DNA of 63,183 bases, filler included, from Octopus bimaculoides (taxonomy: Eukaryota), in assembly GCF_001194135.2 (NCBI RefSeq). It is 5 parts of 3 records of this genome, joined end to end, with 100 filler letters (N's around TTAATTAATTAA, not from the genome) between each part and the next. Parts side by side here need not be neighbours in the genome. Positions count along the whole stretch, not along the records: positions 1 to 30,215 come from NC_068982.1; 4 more parts are not named here. One strand, 5' to 3'. Below, one piece after another: positions 1 to 12,220 of the stretch. Below the pieces are notes generated by a model, which worked only from the letters and a program-made list of their open reading frames with translations, did no database searches and was not told the DNA's origin. The first letter of the stretch is position 1; the number at the start of each line of letters is the position of its first letter. Both the position numbers and the translations under genes were made by a program.

Positions 1-96
1 TTCACCGATAATGCTGCTTACATACCGAAGTGCATGGTAAAAAATGATTAATTATTAATTTACTAATAAATTAATAATCCTTTACCCTTTTATTTG

Positions 97-106
<10 letters not shown>

Positions 107-176
<70 letters not shown>
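107..176. repeat. (TG)n microsatellite
   Basis: Direct reading; one of dozens of di-, tri- and tetranucleotide tracts in the window. Confidence 0.95.
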
Positions 177-179
<3 letters not shown>

Positions 180-182
180 ATC

Positions 183-724
183 TTATATGGCGAATGAAAG
201 ATGGAAAGCTGAATATACGAATATTTATTAATTAATCCCGACAAATGTTTCACCGCATCTAGCATCAATTACTCATGAGTGGGACACTGAACAACTGGTT
301 CAGGAGCATCCGCTGATGCAGATGTAAGTCGTCATGTGCTAAATAAATGCAGCTCGTTACGATAACTGTTCCGCTATATAACGTTCCATTTTGTAGAAAG
401 AAAAGCAGCCAGACGGAGGAAAAGTTTTCATTTATATAGAAAATCAAAACTAAGATTATACTTTTCTCGCAGATTTTCATGTTTATTTTTTATTTTCCAT
501 ATAAACGATGCTTTTCTTCCTCCAGAATGGGAAGTTACATAGCGGAACAGTCATTTTAACGAGCTGTATTTATTTATCACCTGACGAGATACATCTGCAA
601 CACCGGATGCTCCTGAACCCTTTGTTGAGTATCCCACCCATGTGGAATCGATGTGTCGAAGCAATTGTCTTGATTAATAATAAATTCTCGAATATTCCAG
701 CTTCCATCTTTCAATTGCCTTATA
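183..724. repeat. Long diverged inverted repeat (arms about 183-409 and 507-724)
   Basis: The reverse complement of the left arm aligns to the right arm, e.g. AGCGGAACAGT..AACGAGCTG.ATTTATTTA..CATCTGCA..CGGATGCTCCTGAACC. ORFs 265..480(-) and 508..729(+) give near-identical peptides. Confidence 0.85.
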
Positions 725-797
725 CCTAACGATCACATTGAAAGTAACCGTGCTTTACCAGTAAGCTACCGGGTCTAAACCATTAGTTTTATTATCC

Positions 798-830
<33 letters not shown>

Positions 831-1802
831 CAGAGAGAGAAACAGATGGAAAGAGAGAGAGTGAGAGAGGTGAGAATACGTTTCATTTAATTTAATAGAT
901 TATGTCCTATCATACAACCGTTTCTAGTCATCAGCATGTTTCCCTAGCTCAAGTGATACTTCTGTCTTTATACATTTTGAATGTCTCTCACTTTTCTTTT
1001 TTATCTTCTGTTTATTGTTCTTTAATATATCTATAACTCAATCGATTATTTATGAAACTGTCAATTGGTTTCTAGCTGTAGCAAACATGATAACCAGAAC
1101 CACTTCCAGAAAAACTCGCACTCGTATTGCCCACGACATACGCTATCACAAATAAACATACACATTTGCAACCACAAAAACTCTCGAACAGAAATATATT
1201 TTCAACATGGCTGTTACATTTTTCACTCGTTACATTTTCCAGCATTTATTTGTTTTAATGTCTAATTGGTTGTGACGTCAACTGAATGTACAATGTAGAG
1301 CCTACGGCTTGGTAAATATGTCTTGATGAAAGTTTTGTCGCTAATGAAAAAATGTATAGCAATATCACCATATGTAAATAGCTAGCTAGGTAGATTACAA
1401 TATGCTGCAGAGACATAAGGTAACAAACAATTCAAAGCAATAGAGTATCTTCAATATAATGATATACAACAGCATTATATTTTATGTACGCTAGATGATA
1501 TGTACAATTTCTACATAACACAGTTTATGTAGAAATATGAAATTATTTCTTTTTTCTTCTATATCAAAGTCGGTTTACAAACGAAGACTTATAAGTAGTT
1601 GCCAGTCTAGTAGGAACGTGTATAGGATAAAATGTTTGAAGTATTTTATAAGACACTGGGTATATTGTCTAACATCTTTTAAAATACTTAAAGCGATTCT
1701 TCTCTAGTGTTACATAATGTTGAATATTATATTACTTTCAAATTACACTCAAATGCAAAAGAATTTGCTTGTCTCTATATTTGACTGCGGGTGTTTCTGT
1801 GT

Positions 1803-1905
1803 ATGTATGCATGCATGTATGTATGTATGTATGTATGTATGTATTTATATATGTACGTATGCATGTATGTATGTATGTATGTATGTATGCATGTATGTAT
1901 GTATA
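1803..1905. repeat. (TATG)n microsatellite
   Basis: Direct reading. Confidence 0.9.
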
Positions 1906-1947
1906 TATCTGAATATTGGTATGTATTTACGCATATATAAGTATATA

Positions 1948-2250
1948 TCATCTTCCTCCTCCTCCTCGTCATCATCATCATCATCATCGTTTAATGTCCG
2001 TTTTCGATGCTGGCATGGGTTCGACGGTTTGACTGAGGTTTGGACAACTAGCGACTGCACCAATCTAAATTGGCAATGTTTCTACAGATGGATGCCCTTC
2101 CTAACGCCAACCACTGCGAGAGTGCAGTGAGTGCTTTTTACGTGCTACCGGCACTGCGGAGAGCCAGGCGGTCCTGGCATCGATCACGTTCGGACAGTGC
2201 TTCTTCACGTGGTACCGGCAGGGTAGCCAATCAAGAGGTACCATATATAC
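1948..2250 (-). mobile_element. SINE-like repeat with RTE-type body and (GAT)n tail, 5' end lost at gap
   Basis: Minus strand GGTTGGCGTTAGGAAGGGCATCCATCTGTAGAAAC...CCCATGCCAGCATCGAAAACGGACATTAAAC followed by (GAT)n. Confidence 0.65.
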
Positions 2251-3424
2251 NNNNNNNNNNNNNNNNNNNNNNNNNNNNNNNNNNNNNNNNNNNNATATAT
2301 ATATAGCCATATCAATTCTGAACACCAAGAGTAAAGGCAGTGACTTCTCAATCCATTGACTTCAGATTCGAACATGAATATACTAGTCGTCGTTTTATTT
2401 CGTCATTAAGGGAACTATCAGACGAAAATATTTTCTTACCCATGCATCATCAGTGTAAGGGAACATTTGGACGGCCTTTCATCCCACATCGTTTTGTCTT
2501 CCAAGCCATAGCCATTGCATTCTTTTCAATCACACAACAATGTTTCTTGTGTATATATCTTTATCGAACAAATTATTTGCTGATGCTTGCAAATATTCTC
2601 CAACCGATAATAATTTACTATATGCATAGTAAACCACGAGAGTCAAAACTATGACCTACATATTCATTCTTATTACGTGCCGATCAGAATGTACGGTAAT
2701 CGTTATCGTATTTCGACACTGGAGAGCAAATTCATTCAGAATAAGGCGTTTTCACAACACATTCGATGTAATATAAGGGGACTTTCGATGCCCCGGCATT
2801 TCGACATTGCCACTCCTTAGCCAAAGCTACTCTTGGCTAAAGTGTCTATGAAGAATTTTTAGCTCCTACAACAAAGGAAATATTTAATGATAGGTGCTGG
2901 TAGGTTACGGAGAAGGCTTCACTGTTGAGTGAAATATAAACATTCTACAACTCCAAAGAGAAGTACATGAAACAACTGGAAGCAAATCAGAACATCATGT
3001 GCTCCACCAATAGCTAAGGAGACATCCCTTCAACAGATTTAGAGAATGATGCAGTCTCTAAAGATTGAGGAGTAAGTTCTTCTGGTCTAATAAGTATATA
3101 GAAAAACAATGCCACGAGGTTCTGCAGAGTCATGAGCAAGTTGAATATAACCTGCTATTTAACTCCAACCATGAATGACACCGAGGAAGTTTTGAAGTAG
3201 ACCTAGAAAAGACACCGAATAAAACTTCAGCAAAAACAAAATTAATACAATAATATAGAGTACAGTAATCCTTAGAAATCAGCAGAAACGATATAATGAA
3301 GTCTAATACCTCTCTCACTCCAATGACTGACGGAAATATCAACATTTTACTGAATTAATAGAACTTGTTAATAGCCACTAACTCCTTCCGTGGGCCTAAA
3401 ATAGTATTAGCAATAATCGAACGC

Positions 3425-3665
3425 AGTGTTATTTCTTTACTACCCACAAGGGGCTACACACAGAGGGGAAAAACAAGGACAGACAAACGGATTAAGTCGA
3501 TTATACCGACCCCAGTGCGTAACTGGTACTTATTTAATCGACCCCGAAAGGAGGAAAGGCAAAGTCGACCTCGGCGGAATTTGAACTCAGAACGTAGCGG
3601 CAGACGAAATACCGGTAAGCTTTTCGCCCGGCATGCTAACGTTTCTGCCAGCTCGCCGCCTTAAT
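3425..3665 (-). mobile_element. tRNA-derived SINE, family B
   Basis: Minus strand GGCGGCGAGCTGGCAGAAACGTTAGC...GTTCTGAGTTCAAATTCC (Pol III A/B-box-like); the body recurs at 10140, 17965, 30316 and 47690. Confidence 0.85.
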
Positions 3666-4544
3666 CGAACGCAGTGTGCTGTTTATAACGTATAGTGAAT
3701 TCTTTGGGATTTGAATAATTCACAACTGGAAAGGTAACATACATTTTCTTATTCATTGATTTATGTATTAGCAATCGCAACGTAGCAGTAAACTCTTTTC
3801 TGCCATTAATTTTGCAAAAACATTTAAAATCAGAAAAAATCAAAATACAAACTCATCAAACACTACCAACATTCAATAACTGTATATAACTTCCCATGTC
3901 GAAGGCACCATAACTTTCACAAGCGCCGGATAATAGAGGTGCACTGTTTTCAGTGAATATTTAAAGTTGGGGACTTGTGTATTACCATTCGCATGAAGAT
4001 GAATATTGACTACCAGGTGTATCACTATGTCATCAGAATTTCATTTTATATACGAATATTCATAAAGGATGGGAATTTAAACGAAGAAAATAGTAACTCT
4101 TGCGGAAAATCAAATTTATGACATCACCAGGAAGTACACAGTGCTATACATATGTCATTGGAGCTATTGTTCTACTTATAAATACATTATGTCGCTGCAT
4201 TCCAGACATTAATTTTTACTCTCAAAACACTTTTTTGTATTAAATCTTTGTTCACTATCCTTGCAGACGTCTTGTCACATTTGTCATTCATTAGTTGGAA
4301 ATGATTCACTCATGATGTTATTTTTTATCAAAACAAGATTTGAAGATAACTATCAGTGTATTGCTGTCAGAATGTTTACTAAAAATCGTTACATTTTGAT
4401 GACAGAGATTACAATTTCGTAGTGAAAACAAAATTTGTGGACTATAACACACTTTCCGAAAATTCTCTGAAATTATATTTTGTAGGAAGTTGAGTACACT
4501 GTTCACATTAATTATTGAATTCATATTTGTTTCATTATTTCATC

Positions 4545-5170
4545 GCAGTAATGCGGCGAAATGGCAGAATCGTTAGTAGGCCTGACATGCTTGGTCAACA
4601 TGCTTGGCAGCATTTCGACAGTCCCTACGTTGTGTGTTCAAATGCGACCGAGGTCAGCTCGGCTTTTCATCCTTTCGGAGTCGATGAAAAAAGTAGTAGT
4701 AATGCATTGGGGTCGATATGACCGACTAGCTCTCTCTCGCCGAATTTTAGGACTTGTGTCTATAGTAGAAAGGGTTATCTAATCACAGTAAGACGGCGAG
4801 ATGGCAAAACTGTTAGCACGCCAGACAATATACTTGGCGGCATTTGATCCGTCTTTACGCTGGAAGTCCAAATAAGATAAGTACCAGTTGAACACTGGGG
4901 TCGATGTAATCAACTTACAATTACATCCTTCCTGAAAGTGATGGCCTTGTTTCAATATCTGAAACTATTGTTTCATCATAGTAAGTAGGCGAGCGAGCAG
5001 AATCGTTAAAATGGCGGACAGGTTGACTAGCGGTCTTTCTTATGTTCTGAGTTCAAATTCTGTCGATATAGACTTTTGTATTTCATATTATCAAACAAGT
5101 TACAGCCAAGTGCTGGTGTCGATGGCTTGCCCCTCATCCAATATTTCAAGATATGTGCTTATTATATAAT
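4545..5170 (+). mobile_element. Three decayed head-to-tail family B SINE copies
   Basis: Repeated GGCGAG..GGCAGAATCGTTAG heads near 4553, 4793 and 4986, each with a TTCAAAT or CTGGGGTCGAT body motif. Confidence 0.7.
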
Positions 5171-5288
5171 GGCAGTCTTAATCTCTCTCTTTTAAAGTAA
5201 CTCAAAGAATATACATCCTCAATGGAATCGTCTAGTATGCTACAAATAGTAAGGAATCACATGAGACTCACAAGCAATGCGTATAATC

Positions 5289-6566
5289 TACAAGATGATC
5301 GGGCTAAATTGCATAAGGGAAAAGAAAGCACAATATCCTAAACAAATATATAACATTCTAAAATATCACAAACTGTCAAATAGATAGTGACTGAGAGATA
5401 TCAGTTTACTCAAGCCAGGCACCGCTAGAGTCCACCGCGGTTTCAAGCGGGCTCTGGAGACTCGCACATGCGCTCCTAACTGTGTCACTGGGAAATTTCT
5501 AGGACAATCCCTTGATTTTGGTTGTCAGCTCCACGTTAGTGTCGCAGACAGAGTGGTTGTTGTATTTCTCAACTGTCCCTCCCACAGTAATCTTTGGGAT
5601 TACAGTGGGGTCAAATAAAGGAGCCAGAAGTTGGGGCCGGTGAAGTCGTCGAAAAGTTCTTCGACAATCACCTCCAATACTTTCCGGATGTATGGCAAGG
5701 AGCTATACATCCGTCTGCCACGTATATGTCGTTCCAGCATCAACCCTCCTCTGCCACAGATAGACGAGAGTCTCGCGCAGATTCACATACCTTACAGATC
5801 CGAATTGAGTCCAAAGCCTGTTTGAAAGATATGTAGTGGCTTGAAGTCACACTCGCTCATGACAAGCACGAAGACCACCACAGTTTTCATGATACGTGGG
5901 GCATCACGTCAATTGTTGTCAAGCTACCTGATGTTCTGGGCATTGTGCAATCGAACCTGACAGAAAGTCTTTTCATCTGAGAAGAACGAGAGAATACCCA
6001 GCACGTTCCCATATTAAAACCTTCACAGTATTTACAAAGTATGGCGGATCAGTCATGTTGACGACATTTTAATATCTGGCGCAAATCATCTTCATAAATG
6101 CAACACTTATCCAATATTCAAGTGACTACCAATCCTCCATATCAGCTAAAATTCTCCCAACTACAACCTTAACCAGTGTATTCTCCAGCCACGTAGATTC
6201 TTCACCAATACATTTAGCGGTTCCTGGATAAAGCAGACATAAAACATCGTCAAATTTTCCCGAACACCCTCTACATCATATGAACGTAGGAAGAAACAAT
6301 GTCGCAATGCGTAAATTATCCTCCTCCTATTTATTATCTATTTACATTAAATTAAATTATATTCATATTTAACAACATCTGAAACGTATTTGTAGAAAAT
6401 TTCGTTAAAACTATATCCGTTACTCAGAAAGTTACGCGAAAACACTACTGGTGGGGCTGCTCCTTTTTCTGGATATACTCTAAATTTATTTGTTGAGCAG
6501 CTGATTATTAGAAGACAGGTGAGTTATACGAAGGATAATTAGATGTAACTTATGCGAACCATTGTA
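5289..6566 (-). mobile_element. Near full-length decayed Tc1/mariner element, DD37D (maT) type; transposase pseudogene
   Basis: The minus strand translates with stops and frameshifts to FFSDEKTFCQ..HNAQN..PRIMKT..IFQTG..LNSD..WQxD..APCHTSGK..NF..NFW..CNPKDY. The reconstructed D-to-D spacing is 37. There are TA-flanked, diverged TIR-like ends (TACAAGATGATCGGGCTAAATTGCAT / TACAATGGTTCGCATAAGTTACAT) and the length is about 1.28 kb. Confidence 0.8.
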
Positions 6567-6794
6567 CAAGCTGGTAATCCGCAAATATCATTCAGCTACC
6601 AGCAGAAAGCAATCAGTATCTTTCTGCTAGTAAATATGAATTATTCAATCTTTATATAAATAGATGTATTTTTACCTGCGTGTATATTACAATTCAGAAC
6701 CTACATTTTGATAATCTTTGATCATATTTTATGTAAATAATCCAATAGCATTTGGCATCTTGATTTGGTAAACATTCACACGGTGCTACCATAA

Positions 6795-7370
6795 AGTGCG
6801 GGGAGCATTTCAGACGTTTGAAGTTGTTTCCAGAAGAGAAATTACTAATGTCAAAAACGTATGAAACTTTAATCTCCTTAAAAGAGCATCCTGTGTTTTC
6901 ATTGCATATGTAGCGCTCTAATCACTTCGTGAAGGCCCCATGAAATCCGAACAACGTGAAAGTGTCCAGGACATTTGTCAAAGCTTCCTTTATTATCTTT
7001 AGTTTAGAGGAAAACCAAAGTCACAGGGAGAAAAGTATGGATGTAAGAAAGATTAGAGAGAGTTTTGATGACCATCTCTCCCAAGTAGTTGGTTACCAGG
7101 ATGGAATTCTGAACTGGTGCATTGCCCTGGCGCAGGTGCAACTGACCCGAATGCTAAAGTTCTGTCTTTTCGTAACGGAATCCCTTCTTGAACTCCCTTA
7201 AAACATCCATAAATTTGTAAGGTTAGCCTTATTAGACGTCTAGTAATTATTTACTAAAATTATAATAGTTCAAGACAGCTATAACTGCCTCTCTTAAAAT
7301 ACCTCGAAACTTCTGGAAATTCCTCCTTTGGCTTACACGATTCCCAAAGACACTGATATTCGTAGTTGAA
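6795..7370 (-). mobile_element. Mariner (DD34D-type) transposase 3' fragment, decayed
   Basis: Minus strand MDVLREFKKGFRYEKTEL*HSGQLHLRQGNAPVQNSILVTNYLGEMVIKT...DFHGAFTK*LERY, matching the mariner catalytic C-terminus. Confidence 0.8.
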
Positions 7371-8429
7371 TATAAATAAGAAAATTAAAAGATTTAAAAA
7401 AGCGGGGCTGCGATTAATTACACAAATAATTGTTTTTGATATAGATAAAGTCCATAAATTTAAGTGGTCATGTTTATCGATACAATCAACATGAGTTCAT
7501 GAATGGTACTTCATTTCATTGGCTCCTGTGGAATAAAATGCCGAGTTTACCCCAGCGAGATGTTTACTCAAAAGAATGGGAAGAAATAAAGTAACGCATT
7601 TTCTGACGCTCTAACGATTGTTCAACACGTGTCAGTTTGTTTGATGGATATTTAAAGTACGGTTATGTTGAATTAGAAATCTGTCTTATTTTTCGTCTGT
7701 AACGTATATTACATCCCACTCATATCCGATCCTCTGCATTAATTCATCGATAAAATATATTTAAGCAGGAAGAATTGTTTCTGAAAATGAACTACGACTT
7801 CAGGAAATAAATAGTTATGAAATGGACACCATTAGGATAGAAGTGTCATGAAAACTTACAATTTTTCATTAACGGAAATGAAAGTGTAAATTATGAACTG
7901 TTGTCAGATGCAAGTATTTATTGTCATTATATATATATAGTACAGCTTCAGCAAAGTAGCCCTCAAAAGAAATACACTGCGGTATCATAAAAGTGTGAGA
8001 GAAAAACAAAAACGAATTTTGTAAGATAGCAATAATTTATAAAAAGAAGTAAGAACAAACTATAAAGTGTAACAATTTATTTGTTATCAATCGCTCAGAA
8101 TATAGAGACATTAAAGGTAGAGGTAAAATAATCACGAACATTTCAGTTGGAAGCTAAACCTGATATTATACATATAATCAGTGGGACTATGCTGTACACA
8201 ATTAACGAGCTTTGGAAAGTGGCATGCAGTTCGAGTAGGTATGTTCAGGAAAAAAATGTTTTCAATTGCAGTTTAATGTATATGGTTCATTTCAAGTGCT
8301 TATATCTGATTCAAGTCGATTCCTTGATTTACAAACTTCTGAGAATTTATTACACGTAACAAAAATTATGGAAAGTTATTTATGTCGAGAAACGTAGGCA
8401 AAATAAAAGAACGTGGTAGCCTTAAGACC

Positions 8430-8960
8430 ACATAGCACATGTATTTCGAATGTTCTGTTACTGGCAATAAATATGAGTTGATTACATTTACGGAGGAGCG
8501 ATACTGCAGATAGTAGTAGTCTTATGAGTAGGAAAGAGGATATGCGATACGAGAGATGAAGAGAATTTCATTTATAAATAGAGATACCAAAATGTATGCC
8601 TTGTTAATAGATGTCTGATGTGATCTGAAAATTTAATTGCAGAAGATCAGAGATGAAGAGTATTTCACGCTATAAAAGCAATCCTCACGAGCTGTTAGAT
8701 CCTAGTTTCAAGTTAGAAGATGCACTTTATCAATCGGCAACAGGTAAACATATATAGGGGAGTGACTAATACAATTCATAGTAACCAGTTGTATTGTTTG
8801 TACTTCTTTGAAGACACGTATTAACATGGAGAGTTCTGTTAATATTCGTCTATTAGTTCTTGAGAATTGACAGTGCAGGCTTTAGCTCAATCGAGAACAA
8901 ACATTTAAAGATCTTGTAGTTACATGCTCAAAGAGAATTCTAATAGTGTGACGTGTGATG
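8430..8960 (-). mobile_element. Possible very old CR1/L2-like LINE 3' remnant
   Basis: Only weak resemblance to CR1 RT-downstream motifs, through many frameshifts. Confidence 0.3.
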
Positions 8961-9689
8961 AACTCTAAAATCAGGTTTCCACTAACGAGGTGTAATACAT
9001 ATAATTTTGTCTTTTTATAGCTTTGAAATCGTTGGAAATAATTGAACGCATAGTCTTATTATGCTGTCCACGCCCATTAGTATATAAATTATCAAACAGT
9101 CTCATTTGCTAGTGTTATGCATGGCGTTTTATGAACATTCTCTTTAGCAAGGTGGTTACTACAATACCAACGCAAAATACAAATCCCATAGTTCTACTAG
9201 GGCATTTGGAAATTTTAGAAATAGTCAAAGGTTCCTCCTTTGCATGATCAGCTAAGTGAATCTGTGAGCTAGTCATCAGTATCAATTCTCTTAGCATAAT
9301 ATTTGATACTGGATATATGGGAATATTGACTTCAAGTATATCATGACTTATGTTTCTGATCATTATGCACATTACTGCTAAATTCTGAATTAATCTAATT
9401 ACTGAGATTAGTACGATGCTTTCCATAACCAATATTTATGCATCTAATGAAATCAAACATGCAGAGACATAATACCCCAACTAATTATACTTTTTAATGT
9501 CTACGTATTGATTCACTACTAACGGCCATTGATAATATTAAAAGTAAGCTATGGAAAATAAGATGAAATATTTGTTTATTACAACTTTACATAAATCTTA
9601 AGCAATCGAAAACTACATATTGTGTTTCCTGCGCAATTATAAACAAATGAAGTTTAATGCCTAAATTAAGTTTAATCACAGTTTATTCA

Positions 9690-10122
9690 GGTGCCTATGT
9701 GAAACTGCTGGAAACTGGATTCAAATACTGGATGGAGAGGATTGTTGAGAGAGCGCCATGTGAGTGGCAGCAGGTTTTGTAACTTAAACGTATCAGAGAT
9801 GGTTGTCGGAGAATTAATTCCTGTTTACCAGTGCCATAATCCTGGCCTCCGAATTTTTCCGATTGTAATCCCATGGTTTACCAACTGTTCTGCTTGTAAT
9901 AACAAGGCTAAGCTGATAAGCAAGACGGAGATTTTCGAAGCTTCTCCCAGGACTACAATGAATGACACACGCACCATGATCTGTAGTAGTCTATGGTGGA
10001 AGCGAGGGGAGCTACTTTGGGTAAATCACTACTTTCCATTCCTTATCTAGTTAATATATCATTTTTTTAAAGATAGTTTTATTTTGGGGTTGCAGCCTGG
10101 TAAAATTAACCTGAATGCTGTA
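9690..10122 (+). mobile_element. Second DD37D (maT) transposase 3' fragment
   Basis: YVKLLETGFKYWMERIVERAPCEWQQ, QRWLSEN, WPPNFSDCNPMVY and NCSACNNKAKLISK across frameshifts; ends near a CTGTA terminus. Confidence 0.75.
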
Positions 10123-10139
10123 TATGCATACACATATCT

Positions 10140-10365
10140 ATTTCTTTATTGCCCACAGGGGGCTAAGCACAGGGGGAACAAACAAGGACAGAGAAATTGA
10201 TTAAGTCGATTACATCGACCCTAGTCCGTAACTGGTACTTCTTTAATCGACCCCGAAAGGATGAAAGGCAAAGTCGCCCTCATCGGAATTTGAACTCAGA
10301 ACGTAACGGCAGACGAAATACCGCTAAGTATTTCGAGCGGCGTGCTAACGATTCCGCCAGCTCAA
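10140..10365 (-). mobile_element. tRNA-derived SINE, family B
   Basis: Highly similar to 3425-3665 over its full length. Confidence 0.85.
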
Positions 10366-10999
10366 TGCTATTTACGAATACATATATTAATACATATATG
10401 CGTGTGTGCATATGTGCTTGAGTGTGCGTGTGAGTACGTGTGTGCTCAGGTCAGATACATAAATACATATATTGAACGCTCGTTTCGAGAGTTATACTGA
10501 AGAAACTGCTCCTCGGCCTACAGAACTTGCGTTCCGTGTTAACAGACGCGATTGCCTCTGTTCTCTTTCTTCGTACAGTTACTCTCGCAACACCTTTTGC
10601 TTTTGTGATCCCGCAAACAATATTGAACGAAACAATATTGCATCTCAGACTCTCGAGAAGGACACATAGTGAAATAAATAGAAAACGGTGGCGGAGGCTG
10701 CTTCCAATCGAAAGTGACTGAAATTAAGATATGTAGAACTATATATGTTCCAACATATTTTGCAATACAATTGTGACTTTCTAAGATGAATAATAATGTG
10801 GATTATAATTCCAACTATCGGAGAAATAAAGATGGCTTAGTATTCAGATTTGTTTTTTAACATACACACTCTTTTAAAAAGATGTGTTTTTTTTAAATCC
10901 AGTTTTATTTGTACTATTTCACATGTCATATGCAACTCATATATGGTATTAAAAACCCAGTGAGTCATACATTTTACCCGTACACACACACACACACAG

Positions 11000-11061
<62 letters not shown>

Positions 11062-11149
11062 CACGAGAGAGAGAGAGATACATGCATACATACGAATGCG
11101 CAGACATACACAGACACAAATAACAAACACACATACATCTATATATATA

Positions 11150-11238
11150 TAAGGGCATCTTTCAGTTTCCGTCTAGCAAATCTACTCACAAGGCTTTGGT
11201 CGGCCCAGACACTTAGCCAAGGTGGCACGCAGTGGGGG
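11150..11238 (-). mobile_element. SINE family A fragment (truncated by gap)
   Basis: TTTCAGTTTCCGTCTAGCAAATCTACTCACAAGGCTTTGGTCGGCCC is the reverse complement of the family A body. Confidence 0.75.
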
Positions 11239-11484
11239 NNNNNNNNNNNNNNNNNNNNNNNNNNNNNNNNNNNNNNNNNNNNNNNNNNNNNNNNNNNNNN
11301 NNNNNNNNNNNNNNNNNNNNNNNNNNNNNNNNNNNNNNNNNNNNNNNNNNNNNNNNNNNNNNNNNNNNNNNNNNNNNNNNNNNNNNNNNNNNNNNNNNNN
11401 NNNNNNNNNNNNNNNNNNNNNNNNNNNNNNNNNNNNNNNNNNNNNNNNNNNNNNNNNNNNNNNNNNNNNNNNNNNNNNNNNNNN

Positions 11485-11510
<26 letters not shown>

Positions 11511-11515
<5 letters not shown>

Positions 11516-11790
11516 AAGTTTTAAATTCAAAAGAGAGTTTTGACGCTAATATTCATTATTGTTGAAATCTATTCCTATGTCAAAATTTCTGTATAAAGCT
11601 ATATTTGACTGTCAAATTTAAGTCAAACCTATAATTTATCTCCCTGAAGACGTGTAAGGCAAATTATATGTTTGACTTAAATTTGACAGTCACATATAGC
11701 CTTATATGGAAATGTTGACATAGGAATAAATTTCAACAATAATGGATATTAGCGTCACAACTCTCCTTTGAATTTAAAACTTTGGATATA
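11511..11790. mobile_element. Palindromic MITE / foldback element (about 130-bp arms, about 20-bp spacer)
   Basis: CAAAGTTTTAAATTCAAA.GAGAGTT.TGACGCTAATAT...GACTGTCAAATTTAAGTCAAAC is mirrored on the opposite strand; TA at both ends. Confidence 0.85.
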
Positions 11791-11872
11791 TAACCAAGTA
11801 GAACGATCCTTAAGGAGTCTACTTTTTGCGGTGAAATCTCTTGCTATATTGGTAACGATTACATGTTTTTCT

Positions 11873-11934
<62 letters not shown>

Positions 11935-12164
11935 GGTAAATCCCAAACCCCGAAACAAACAAACGAAGAACAAACACAAGGAAAAAAACAACAACGCCGC
12001 GAGGACGTGGTGCATGCAAATCATTAACAGACGCTCGGAGAAGGACAGAATGGTGATTTTACATTTGAGGCAAAGCTCTTCGTGAGAGACAGGAGACGGA
12101 AGAATGTCCAAGAGGAAAGGAAGACGGTGGGAAAAAAATGTGGTTACATTTTGAAATGACCGGA

Positions 12165-12166
<2 letters not shown>

Positions 12167-12220
<54 letters not shown>
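12167..12220. repeat. (GATA)n microsatellite
   Basis: Direct reading. Confidence 0.95.

Noticed and set aside
915-945. Minus-strand CTGATGA-CTA-GAAAC
   Set aside because: Only 3 nt lie between the core motifs, so stem II cannot form; at best a deleted relic.
1265-1280. ATTGG plus perfect CRE TGACGTCA
   Set aside because: An isolated 8-mer is expected about once by chance in a window of this size; no other support.
2340-2654. 104-aa ORF (MTSQSID...)
   Set aside because: No recognisable homology or exon boundaries.
6501-6524. 18-nt exon candidate with a perfect CAG/GTGAGT donor
   Set aside because: Lies inside the 5' non-coding part of the DD37D element (5289-6566), and the acceptor is weak.
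9115-9432. 105-aa minus-strand ORF
   Set aside because: No motif recognised; may be decayed LINE sequence next to 8430-8960, but this cannot be supported.
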